Of a stretch of DNA of 64,000 nt, positions 11,490 to 21,960 are shown in pieces; within the stretch, counting starts at the first letter, position 1, and each line of letters starts with the position of its first letter. The notes beneath the pieces are model-generated. The model worked only from the letters and a program-made list of their open reading frames with translations. It had not been told where the DNA came from and made no database searches. The stretch is from NCBI RefSeq assembly GCF_040938485.1, contig NW_027271623.1:19756-83755 (forward strand). Reading direction: 5' to 3'. This DNA is from Diadema antillarum. Taxonomy: Eukaryota. Both the position numbers and the translations under genes were made by a program.

Positions 11490-12740
11490 TGACGACAGTC
11501 TTACCCAAGGAATGATTTTTCCTTGATCTTCTGCCATTTAAATGCCGTTACCATGGCAACGCAGCTTCCGACACGTCCGAAAAATATGTCTTGCACATCT
11601 TCCCACCAAGACTATTGTGTGTGCCACATTTCATAAGCTTTTGTCAAAAACTGAGGAAGTAGTTCAATCCACAAGATCTTTCCTTGATCTTCCGCCATTA
11701 ATATGCCGTTACCATGGCAACGCAGCTTCCGACACGTCCAAAAAATATGTCTTGCACATCTTCCCACCAAGACCAATGTGTGTGCCACATTTCATGAGCT
11801 TCAGTCGAATACAGAGGAAGTAGTTCAATCCGCAAAATCTTTCCTTGATCTTCTGCCATTTATATGCCGTTACCATGGCAACGCAGCTTCCGACACATCC
11901 AAAAAATATGGCTTGCACATCTTCCCACCAAGATCAAGGTGTGTACCACATTTCATAAGCTTTGGTCAAAAAACTGAGGAAGTAGTTAAATCCGCAAGAT
12001 CTTTCCTTGATCTTCTGCCATTAATATGCCGTTACCATGGCAACGTACTTTCGGGTACTGTCAAAAAATGCGTCTTGCACATCTACAACCAAAGGCACAC
12101 ATCTGTACCAAGTTTCATGGAAATTGGGCAAAAACTGAGGAAGTAGTTTGCAACACAAAATTTTCCATCATTTTGGCTCATAATATGTGAGCTGTTACCA
12201 TGGCAACATACTTTTTGTCACTGTCAAGAAATGTGTCATGCTGACCTATATCCTAAGACAAACATTCAATATGAATTCCATGAGAATTGGAAGAACACTG
12301 ATGAAGCAGTTTTGCCATGAAGCATTTTGCCCTATATTTTACCAATAACATGCCGTTACCATGGCAATGCACTTTTTGCCACTGCGGAAATATGTGTCTT
12401 GCACATTAACATATTCAGATGAACATCTGTACCTAATTTCATAAAAATTGATCAAAAACTGTGGGAGGAGTTCGCGACGCAAGATTTGTACCCATTTTTG
12501 CCCATAATATGCCGTTACCATGGCAACGTACTTTTGGGTACTGTCAAAAAATACGTCTTGCACATCTACAACCCAAGGCACACATCTGTGCCAAGTTTTA
12601 TGGGAATCGGTTGAAAACTGAGGAAGAAGTTCGCGACGCAATATTTGCAATGGACCGACCGCCCGCCCGACCGACCGCCCGACCGACCGCCCGCCCGCCC
12701 GCCCGACCGCCCGCCCGCCCGACCGCCCGACCGTCCGCTG
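11490..12740. repeat. Satellite of ~160-161 bp units (7 units). Each unit contains GCCGTTACCATGGCAACG. The array ends in a (CCGN)n microsatellite at 12650-12735. It lies in SUDS3 intron 6
   Basis: The unit marker CCGTTACCATGGCAAC recurs at ~11546, 11706, 11867, 12029, 12195 (variant), 12353 and 12512. The array ends ccgaccgcccgcccgaccgaccgcccg.... ORFs 11542..11823, 11703..12146 and 12339..12809 are artefacts of the repeat. Confidence 0.85.
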
Positions 12741-13004
12741 ATTCCTATATACCCCCTTCAAACTTCGTTTGGCGGGGGTATAAAAAGGGAGTGGGGGACA
12801 GATATCCAATTAAAATAAATGAAAAATCTGCATTTTTGGTTTCTCTTTCATTTATTACAAAATTGTTTTTATAAATCAGAGCCTGCAATCCTGCAGAAAT
12901 GTGTTCTGCTCCAGTAGTATTACCAAGTCTATAATTCATTGGTGTAAACTGGGCGATGTACAGTATTTAGTATTCAGCTAGACAAACAGACAACGGTAGA
13001 GAAC

Positions 13005-13133
13005 TTGATTCAGTGTGTGTAAAGCAGCAAAGGATATCAGGTGATGGTTTCCGTCTCTTTTCTGGTAATGGAATGGGATCATTGGGTCTCCTCCTCAGCT
13101 TCCTGGTTATAGCTGGCTTGATCTCCATAGAGT
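13005..13133 (-). CDS. SUDS3: SUDS3-like exon 6: (D)[42 protein letters not shown]. The 5' acceptor is clear, but the 3' donor is uncertain and provisionally placed at a weak A|GTTCTC site
   Basis: Present in the minus ORF 12967..13203. It matches the human SUDS3 Sin3-interaction region [30 protein letters not shown] nearly exactly. The downstream exon needs a phase-1 donor here, and no strong GT site satisfies that. Confidence 0.6.
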
Positions 13134-13898
13134 CTAATGCGTAAGACATACATGCAGATTCATGGCAACAGCTCAGTAACAATTCACAATCTTCAGACTT
13201 CATACAGGCTTATGAACTTTATATCAGTCACGTCACTACCAAAAGTTGCTACTATCATGGCAAGCAAGAAAGACTTTTTGGTTGATCTTCTTACAGTCTA
13301 TACTTCAGAAAAACTTGAGCATGACAACATAAACTTCATTTCTTCTCATATCAATTCATACTGAGAGTGTAGTATACAAGATGACATTGTATGAAATACT
13401 TTTCCAGAACAGGAGTATAAAACGAGCATAAGTAACATGATGTCATTAAATGTGTGAAGCATATGAAAATACATCAATGCACCCATCAGGGGCACACTGA
13501 CTCTGTTTAAATGCAACTGACTGTCAGTCAAAGTATGGCATATGGCTATTTGTCCTGGGCAAAAATTAGCCTTTGTTTGAGAAACAAAGTGATGTAAATC
13601 AAATCATATGCTCCAAACTCACACTGTTTAACATATTATTGTCTTACCACTTAGTAAAAAAATGTTTCTGTAAATTAACAACAATTAACAAATGACCATT
13701 ACCCACACTAACCCACCACCTTCATGTGCAATGCATCATCTCTTGGTGTGGATTCTTTTTAGGGCAACAGAAGTTTATAACACTAACAGAGAAGAAAGTA
13801 ATTTCCAACATGAAAATTAGCAAAAATCGTAATTTTTCACTTTAAATGCCGAGTCAAGTAATCTGCCATACAATGATAATGTTGTACATATGTGTAAG

Positions 13899-13939
<41 letters not shown>

Positions 13940-14139
13940 ATAGGGCACAAGGCAATAAAATATAACTCTAAAAGGTAGGACATTTTTCTTTTTTTTTTGC
14001 CGCCCTCCCATCAACCCAAGTACTACACTCTCCTTGTAATCAGTACTAGCATGTAGTCATCTTCAGTACAGCTTGGAGTAATGTTAAATACTCTGCTCAC
14101 GACTCCAAAGGTCTATGTAGAGAGAGAAGTACAGCTTAC

Positions 14140-14236
14140 CTCCTGTGAGTTCCATTGATTGGTGTTCTATCTCTATCATTCTCTTCCTATCATCCAGTTC
14201 TATCAACAATGTCTCCATCAGGTCCATCTTTTTGGT
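14140..14236 (-). CDS. SUDS3: SUDS3-like exon 5: TKKMDLMETLLIELDDRKRMIEIEHQSMELTG, ending in phase 1
   Basis: Acceptor CTGCAG and donor GTAAGC. It aligns to human [32 protein letters not shown]. Confidence 0.65.
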
Positions 14237-15406
14237 CTGCAGAAGTCAGGAGGAAAAAAATAAGTGTTTTTTTTCCTGTTGTCATGGAATCATTGCCTAT
14301 ATTAAGTAAACAGTCCATCTTGTCTTTATGATGTTAGTTGGTATCATGCTATATCATTACATCCCCCAATGAGGTTATGTTCCTGCCGGTGTTGGTTTGC
14401 TTGTCTGTGTCTGTCTGTTTGCAAGATAACTTAAAAAGATGTGAACGGATTTGAATCTAATTACAGGAAAGGTTGATAATGACACAAGGAACAGATAATT
14501 GAAATTTGGTAGTGATCAGGACTGATAAGCATCTGGAGCCAGGATACTTAAAAAATTTTTTTGGAAGGACTATAATTGACAAATATGGCCAACAAAAGAG
14601 GGAGTCCAAGCTATGCGTATTTAAGGTGTGCATAAATGCGCACTGAGAGCGCACTCGAGGCATCACATGCAGCAGTAAGCTGATGAGGTAGACTCTGAGA
14701 TACAATAGAATTAGGAAAAAGGGCAACTCTCAGCATGTGTGTATAGGTGGAAATGAGCTGCCTGGTGGATGTCTGCATTCATGGAGTGCTTCAATTCTAG
14801 TTTTCTCGTCTTATATTTTTTTTCTCAACTCAAACAAACAGTTCAAAAAGTGAAAGAGGAAAAATAACTGATGTCTACTGTCGACTTCATTTGATGGTAC
14901 ACATGCACACATCTTTCATGTGTTGACAGTCAAAGAGAATGTTTAACAAAGAAGATCAGTCCTCATCTGCACATATACATTATGGATTTTTGACTATTTC
15001 TTTTTATGGTTGTCGATGTAGCAGTGATAAAGAATACCTACATCAGTCACAAAAGGATTGTTACATCTGATATTGATTTTCAAGGTGACATTAGAGGTGT
15101 GAGCTCTATACACAATTAGTTACTAATTACTCAATATAATGACATCCTCAAATCTTTATCTTTCATGCATACGTACTTGTATGTTTACTCATTTACGGAG
15201 CCCAGAATGCAGTCTGTTCACATAACAGCATATTACAAAAGTGAATGAACAGTAATATAGGAACATTATAACACTCTCTTGCCACAACAACATACAAAGT
15301 GTACATATCTTCCTTATGTATCTGGCAAGTATCCTAATTTGCTTTCAACACTCTAACCAAGAATTTAAGAGGTTAGATAAAGACAAACAAGTATAAATTT
15401 ACTGAC

Positions 15407-15466
15407 CTCATAGTCTTTTCCTGCATTCTTTTGGTCTTTGACATATTCTCTTTCAACAAGTTCCAT
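15407..15466 (-). CDS. SUDS3: SUDS3-like exon 4: MELVEREYVKDQKNAGKDYE
   Basis: Acceptor AAACAG and donor GTCAGT; both ends are phase 0. It aligns to human [20 protein letters not shown]. Confidence 0.65.
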
Positions 15467-16264
15467 CTGTTTAAAAAAAAATACAAAAAGTAATGACATT
15501 CAGAAATAGTAAGTCACTTGCATGAAGTGAAAAGACACAGTCAGTGGGAAATCAAAGGCAAAACATTGATAGATATTTTCTCCAACAGTTTCATACAAAG
15601 ATTTCTCCCATGAATTTAACCAGCCCTGCTTCCTACAAAACTGTGCCTCATTTCCTATCTCATGATATCAATTGGCATCATGCTATATCTTTTCCTACAT
15701 ACATGTACAGTATACCACATAGTACTAGTATTCTTTTTCTTTTCAAGTGAAACATAGCACTTGCTCAAAAAGTGAAAGAAACAAGTGATCAAAGGAAAGG
15801 ATGATTTGAAGTGTAAGCATCAAGTGATACTTTGTAGATATTATGGGTAACAAGCATTTTGTGCAAATCTAAAGCATGAGGTGAAAGGCTGTCTCTTGCT
15901 CTGTGGCACAAAAGCAGAATGTCAGATATGAATAAACACTGTTAACATGAAAAGAAAAACAAACACACAATGTGCACATGCATGGGTCCTGAAACAAGTC
16001 TCAAGTACACGTACATCCATAATGTAAGACTAGTCCTATTCCACTGTTTCATAGGTATGAAATGTAGAAAGTCAATTGATTTTCACTAGGCATACCATAT
16101 CATGCAATATCAACAAAATGTATCACCAATGTATCATCTTGAAGTAAGAATTGAAAGAACATTGTCTTGGTCTGCCTGGAAAAGGAGAATGTAATGTAGA
16201 ATTACTATGACCAGAATAGTGTCAATCTACAGCAGGGCACTGAAAATGGAAAAGGTGTTGTCAC

Positions 16265-16412
16265 CTCTAACTGCTTGGAAACTTCAGCCATCCGAAGGCG
16301 TTCCTTGTATTGCTGTTCCATTTTTTTCAGTTTCCTGTTGAGCTCAGGGTGGCTACCGTCCATGACTTGCTGGAGCTGTTTCTTCAACGTTGCCAGTTTT
16401 TCTTTGTAGATC
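16265..16412 (-). CDS. SUDS3: SUDS3-like exon 3: (M)IYKEKLATLKKQLQQVMDGSHPELNRKLKKMEQQYKERLRMAEVSKQLE
   Basis: Present in the minus ORF 16205..16441. It aligns to the human SUDS3 coiled-coil region [49 protein letters not shown]. Acceptor CCAG and donor GTGACA flank it. Confidence 0.85.
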
Positions 16413-17072
16413 CTGGACACACAAATCCAGAATACATTCATTACAGCCTGAAATATGAGCCAAGCATGTCACATTCAGAATTTATTCTGAAGAAAAGCTG
16501 GCTGATCTCCGAGTCGTACATGTAGCTTGAAGTTCAATGTCCCATGCAATTTACATAATAAAAGAAAAATCATATTTGGCATAAACCCATTCATCGATGT
16601 TACATTAAAACAAAATCATGGTCAATCAACTTTATTTGTACAAATATCAACATTATGTCATGAATGCAATTACTCATCAGTTTCTAGAAAATGAGGGTGA
16701 ATGGCAGTCATAATATTTATGTATGGACATCTTATTTGCATTTAACTTTGCTTTTCAGTTCCAAATCTATAAACTTTGTTACAATATCTGCTATGTGACA
16801 TCAAAGTCATTGCGATAGCACTCCAGTGTGGAAGTCATTGACATGCCTGAGTTTTAAACAACAAAGAATCCTTCTGTGCTCACTAGATGCAATATTTATT
16901 CATTATTTAGAAAGATAGCTTGAGACTGTCCTCATTCACTACCATGATTAATTCATGCATTGCAAACTCATCTCAGTTTCTACAATTCACATCTGATTCA
17001 CCATACACATTTTTAATGTGACCTCGAATGCAGAGTTTTCACACAGGTACACAAGAGAATCAAGTGGCATAC

Positions 17073-17139
17073 ATCTCTTTCATTTCAGTGTACTCCTCCT
17101 CCAGTTTGGCTGCATCCGTCTCACTGGCATCCTCAGTAT
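17073..17139 (-). CDS. SUDS3: SUDS3-like exon 2: (D)[21 protein letters not shown], ending in phase 2
   Basis: Acceptor ACAG precedes the exon and the donor is GTATGC. It aligns to human SUDS3 [25 protein letters not shown]. Confidence 0.7.
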
Positions 17140-17363
17140 CTGTAAGCAAGCATACAAGTACAGCTGTAATAAATCATGTTTGAGGTACGTTGTATATACC
17201 AGTACCTTGTAACAAAATCCATCCAACTCTCCAGACATCTAACATGTTACACAAAAGAGATACATCATAGAAACAGAAAACTGTTGAGAACTTTCTGACA
17301 TGTCTGACAAGTACAATGATACATCTCATGATTTACATGGCCTGTAGTATTAAAGTGCTTTAA

Positions 17364-18138
17364 CCCTAACTTACCCGGGCTATTTTGTGAGCTTAAAGTC
17401 CGGGGGGGGGGGGGGGGGGGGGGGGGGGGCATGATGGCCCCCTTATGATCTCAGCCGCGATTCGCGCCTTCGTTACAAAAATTGGCACACATGTCCCTCA
17501 TGACTCAATCTATAGGGCTGTGTTGTTAAATTTCAATAAATCGCTTTATTTTATTTCATATGAATTATGTTAACTTATGCATGAAATTAGAATTTGGCTG
17601 GAAATCATTAAATACAGCCCGCAAACTTCAAAGTTTTTTGCTCGAGGACTCTTTGGTGAATTCTGATTTAATTTAGGTCAAAAAAAAAAATTGGTATCAA
17701 TTTTAATTTATTTATTTATTGTTTTTATAATTTCTTATATTTCTTTTTTTACTTTGTTTTTTATTGTTTTAGGCATTTGGGAATCATTGGCAACACTATT
17801 TCAATCATAAGAAACATAAAATTAATTGTTTTTAATCACTAAAAGTAAATATAATGAAACAATTACGAATTTCAGATAGAAACCTGATTTGCATTGGTTT
17901 TGTACACAAAATCACGTTTTTGAGCAATTTTCAGTCTGACATGCACTTACATAATGTTGCGTAACTTCGAAACCGCGTACCCGGACATCGCAAATTTGGT
18001 CTTAAAAGTTGCACAAGGCTTCAAGGTAAATTGTCATGAATCCCCATGTGGATGCGTTCTTGCGTTGCGGAGATGTCACGCGAAGTGTGTGTGTGGGGGG
18101 GGCACTATGCCCCCCCCCCCCCCCCCGGTAAGTTAGGG
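17364..18138. mobile_element. piggyBac-like non-autonomous element (MITE), ~775 bp, TTAA target-site duplication at 17360-17363 and 18139-18142
   Basis: The termini are CCCTAACTTACCCGGGC ... GCCCCCCCCCCCGGTAAGTTAGGG, giving 5'-CCC...GGG-3' ends flanked by TTAA on both sides. The interior holds a G28 run and a C18 run. It is a paralogue of the element at 30033-30787. Confidence 0.75.
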
Positions 18139-18209
18139 TTAATTACCGAAAGAAGAAGAATTAAATCACATTAGTGAAAGTGTTGGCCAAAATCACATAC
18201 TGCACATAC

Positions 18210-18910
18210 TAGTATTATTTGGGTAAAATTACCAGTATTCGGTCACCTCCCGAAATTCCGCCACTTGTCTTTAATAACCAGCCAGTTAAGTTCTATAACT
18301 CTTCTACTGTCACAACACAACAAAATTTCACATACTTGCACACACATTCACAACAGGAAAGTCCCTTGGGCCTTAGTCCGCTCCAAAAATCCATCGAAAA
18401 TCCCAAATTTCACCTTCAAAAGTCCAGAATCAGCGTGACCTTCCCAAAGCTTGTGCAATTAAGCCCAGTTTTACGACTACAGGTCACCGAAAAAGCGCTA
18501 TTATTAAAAATCGAGAAATCCACTGTTCTCTTGTGGGATTTTTTGCTTATTGCAAGCTCGGAGTGTGATGGTATCCTCAAAAATGCAAAAGAATATTTCA
18601 ATACATGCCGATGCAGTGACTCAATGTACAAGGGTTGAATGCGAGTGCTGATTCCTCAGTCAGTATTTGGTCACCAACGGGCGCCCCAACGTCGCTGATG
18701 CAATTTTCGCCAAAAAGAATGAACAAGGTTGTGCACGGTGCATTTTTCAGCTGCCTTGCCCTTGAACTTGGTGAACACGCATTGTCTTGAACACACATTG
18801 ACTTTGAATTTTGCGTGACCAATTCTGACCGCGGCGACCATATTCTGGGGGATTTTCAAGGTGATATGTTTTGGGATTTTGTGAAATTCTGTGAGATAGG
18901 TGAACAAAAT
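18210..18910. mobile_element. Possible foldback element immediately 3' of the piggyBac MITE. Arms ~18380-18500 and ~18790-18900 are inverted-complementary
   Basis: aaaatcccaaatttcaccttcaaaagtccagaatcagcgtgacc at 18400 matches, in reverse complement, ggtcgccgcggtcagaattggtcacgcaaaattcaaagt.../cacaaaatcccaaaacatatcaccttgaaaatccc at 18830-18890. The plus ORF 18219..18638 sits inside it and is probably spurious. Confidence 0.35.
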
Positions 18911-19119
18911 GAAAAATTGAGATTGAACAAATATTGATATATTTCACATAAATTTACATTGGGTCATTGCTGTAGATATGATATGTATATGTATGCATCA
19001 TTTTAGTTTGAAAAACATTGCAGAAAAGCTTAGGCTCTAAATGATCGAATACTGGGGGGTTTTATACCTTGGGTGGGCCATCTTCATCTGCTGTGCTAAC
19101 TGTGTTACAGTGTACTTAC

Positions 19120-19246
19120 CCTCATCGGACTCATGCTGCACTGTTGTTATTCCTTTGTCGCGGTGATCCTCGCTGTCGCTGAATTCGTACTCTCTCGCGG
19201 GATCGACGCCATTTGGCAGGGATTTGTTTCCAAACAATGTACTCAT
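19120..19246 (-). CDS. SUDS3: SDS3/SUDS3-like Sin3 corepressor subunit, coding exon 1: MSTLFGNKSLPNGVDPAREYEFSDSEDHRDKGITTVQHESDE, ending in phase 1 at a G|GTAAGT donor
   Basis: ATG at 19246 (minus). The acidic, Ser-rich N-terminus is typical of SDS3. The donor GTAAGT lies immediately after codon 42, and the frame continues into the next exon to give D-TEDASETD, matching human SUDS3 ...[11 protein letters not shown]. Confidence 0.7.
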
Positions 19247-19249
19247 TCT

Positions 19250-19990
19250 TGTTTAAAGCCAAGTACGGTAAGTTTGTCTAAGTTAACGTTAATACCACCG
19301 CTTACCACAGCACAGCACCCCATGTAAACGCATGCCGTAATGTGTGATGGGAATTCTTGTACACTATCTATGAATTCATATAAACAACTGCGGCGGCTAT
19401 CTACCAGGGTCAGAGGTCAATTGGCGATTTTTCTGTCTTTATTTGACGTCTAAGTAGCCCAATTGTCGTTCAAGACATGAGATAATATCACAGCAGAAGG
19501 GCAAGCGATCGACATCTATGGCGTTATTTGGGCTATTCTACGATGAATCAATAACTCATGAGAAGCACAGGACTTGTGACGAGAACTCCACTCACTCTCG
19601 GCATCGACAAAGCATGTAATTATTCATGTAACAAATAGTGAAAAGCTTCACTTCGTAAGCGTATAAGCTCCTCTAGGGCAGCATCGACGACTGTGCTCGG
19701 TGAAGCTTCTTGAATTTAGGACCAGCCGACGGAGCTTGTGCGACTACTAGTGAACTACAGTGATCCCCGAGCCTCGGCGAGCGAGGCATCGTGCGTGCGT
19801 GGAGAGTAGCGGTTTCTCTTCTATCATAAACATACCACTCCTCCGGCCGGCCGCCCGCGCCGGCCCTCCCCGCCCCGATACGAGCTCAGCTACAAGTAAC
19901 GTTGCACTGACCAGCTGCACTGACGAGGTGGTACGAAAGCTGTCAGCACACGACTCACGAGAACGGAACTGCAGTGCGTGCTGAGTAAGG
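19250..19990. promoter_or_regulatory. CpG-rich interval upstream of the SUDS3 ATG. It is probably a promoter and possibly bidirectional, with a candidate non-coding leader exon of DPH1 ending at a TGA|GTAAGG donor near 19985
   Basis: CG dinucleotide density is high at 19750-19990 (ccggccggccgcccgcgccggccc...). A GTAAGG donor lies on the plus strand at ~19986. DPH1 coding exon 1 is directly preceded by an acceptor (TTTGCAG|GAG at ~23640). Confidence 0.35.
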
Positions 19991-20542
19991 TCAACTTACG
20001 TAGACAATATGCACCTGCATTCACCTGTATTCACCTGTCTTACTTAGTATGCCTACTTGGTTGAGGTCCTCCTGAATACTCCATTGGAGTTTTGTCTTGT
20101 CGGGCTTCTGGAAAGACAGTAATCTAATGAGTAAATCTAATTTCTAAATTTAGTCTTGTGGTGTAATGCCCTCCCACTTTCAGCAAGTTTCCACTGTACG
20201 TCAACTTGATGCCTCGTCTTTATTGCAGTATTGACTAGTTTAGATGATTAAACTTACTCTGCGGAGTAAATTATGTGAACTTGTTATATTTCTTTGACAG
20301 GAAAGTGTCTATTTCTGACTTAATCTGTTGAGTGTTGGCTGTAGTTGCTTCCACGGCTGAAATTGGCAGCATGTTCCTTGAACCTTGATGAGATAATCCC
20401 TGACCTAGAAGCAGCTCTTTCCGAACTAAACTGGGATGGGATTAGGATGGGATGTGCTGTGACAGTGGGTGATGGTGCAGTTGTAACCCCTAGGCCCTAG
20501 TACAATAAAAATAGTGATGTGCCCACTAAAATTCTGTAAGAT

Positions 20543-21960
20543 TTACAGCAACAAGGAACCCACAGGAGGTTTCAGTCCTCTGATGCGATGGCAGGAAGGG
20601 CAGCCTCCTGGAAGGCAGCTACTGTTGGGGCAGTAACTGCCGTGGTTGGCAACTGCCACCTGGTTCCAGATGCGAGTGGTTCGGGGGTAAAATGAGAATT
20701 TGTAAGAATCAATTGATGCTACAGGGACGGTGAGCTTGAGCACATGATCTCTTCTGCTGACATATGGAGCTTGGGTTATGATTAAGTGAGGAAGATGGAT
20801 GTTGACTGTTTTGCTGGTGATGTATTGTATAGAACATGGTGCTCTGTGATGGAGACGACGTGTGTGCAGTTGATCTCATCCCAGACTGGAGACGAGCCCT
20901 GAAGCTGAAGTGGACCTTTTGTAGTTGCAGGTGACAAAGCGAGCAGCTGCTTTCTGGACTCTTTCTAAGCCTTCGGCAGTACTGGAAGTGTAGGGATTCC
21001 AGGCTTCAGAAGCGTACTCCAGCTGTGGTCGGACAAGGCTCATGTATGCTTCAGATTTTACAGCTTTGGAACACGATGACAAGTTTCTCCTTATCAACCC
21101 AAGGGTTTTGCTAGCCTTGCCTTGTACGAGTTGACAGTGTGTGTTCCATCGCAGTTCCTTGTATATGGTGACTCAGAGGTACTTGTATTTGTCGACCCTG
21201 GGTACAGACTCATTGCAAAGGTTGTAGTTGTGCTCAATGGTTCTTCCCTTCCTTGTGATGGTGAGGGAAGCACACTTTTCAACATTAAATGCCAATTTAA
21301 ATGCCATTTTGTTGACCAGTCTGACAGGGTTTCAAGGTCTTGCTGAAGGATGGCAACATCATTCATGGTTTGGATTTCTCTGTAGATCACACTGTCATCT
21401 GCGAAGAGGCGCATCTTGGACTTTGTATAGTGGTGATGTCATTTATGTAGAGCAGAAAGAGGGCTGGGCCGATAACCGATCCTTGAGGTACCCCACATGT
21501 CACAGGCATCCAAGACGAGTGGAAGCCCTTGACAACAACTGCTTGCTGCCTGCCTGTTGGAGAGCACGGACATGGTCCAATGCAGTGTGTCACCTTTTAT
21601 GCCATAATATTCCAGTTTGGTCAGTAGGTGGTGATGAGGTACCCGGTCAAAGGCTTTCTGAAGATCGAGGAAGATGACATCTGTTTGGCTCTGCATTGCA
21701 AGGTGTGTGCCCAGTCATGGATGGCAGAGATGAGTTGAGTGGTGGTGGACAATTTCTGCCTAAACCCATGATGCTGTTCATCTACCAGGATGTTGTTGGC
21801 AGCTACATGTTTTGAGATATGGCTGAGCACGATGTGCTCCATCGCCTTGCTGCAGATACAGGTCAAGGAAATTGGCCTGTAATTGCCTGGATTGCACTTA
21901 TCACCGGACTTGTGTCTGGGTGTCACTAAGGCATGCTTCCATTCAACTGGAACAGTGCCA
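20543..21960 (-). mobile_element. Degraded, 5'-truncated non-LTR retrotransposon (LINE, CR1/L2/RTE-like) reverse-transcriptase fragment with frameshifts
   Basis: Overlapping minus ORFs carry RT motifs: [81 protein letters not shown]. The motif order is consistent with an RT running from high to low coordinates. Confidence 0.8.

Noticed and set aside
11542-12874. Repeated ORFs (93-156 aa) with MPLPWQRSFRHV... peptides
   Set aside because: Each ORF simply re-reads successive units of the 160-bp satellite. There is no start or stop logic beyond the repeat, and the final ORF runs into the (CCGN)n tract to give (PTAR)n peptides. Coding constraint is not demonstrated, though I keep it as a low-interest finding.
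18219-18638. 139-aa plus-strand ORF (MGKITSIRSPPEIPPLVF...)
   Set aside because: It lies inside a putative foldback element in SUDS3 intron 1. It has no recognisable domain and no splice or promoter context, and its low-complexity composition reflects the repeat arms.
19760-19984. 74-aa ORF (MIPEPRRARHRACVESSGFSS...) in the CpG block
   Set aside because: A GC-rich sequence naturally gives Arg/Pro/Ala-rich open frames. I interpret it as promoter and 5' leader DNA between the divergent SUDS3 and DPH1, not as coding sequence.
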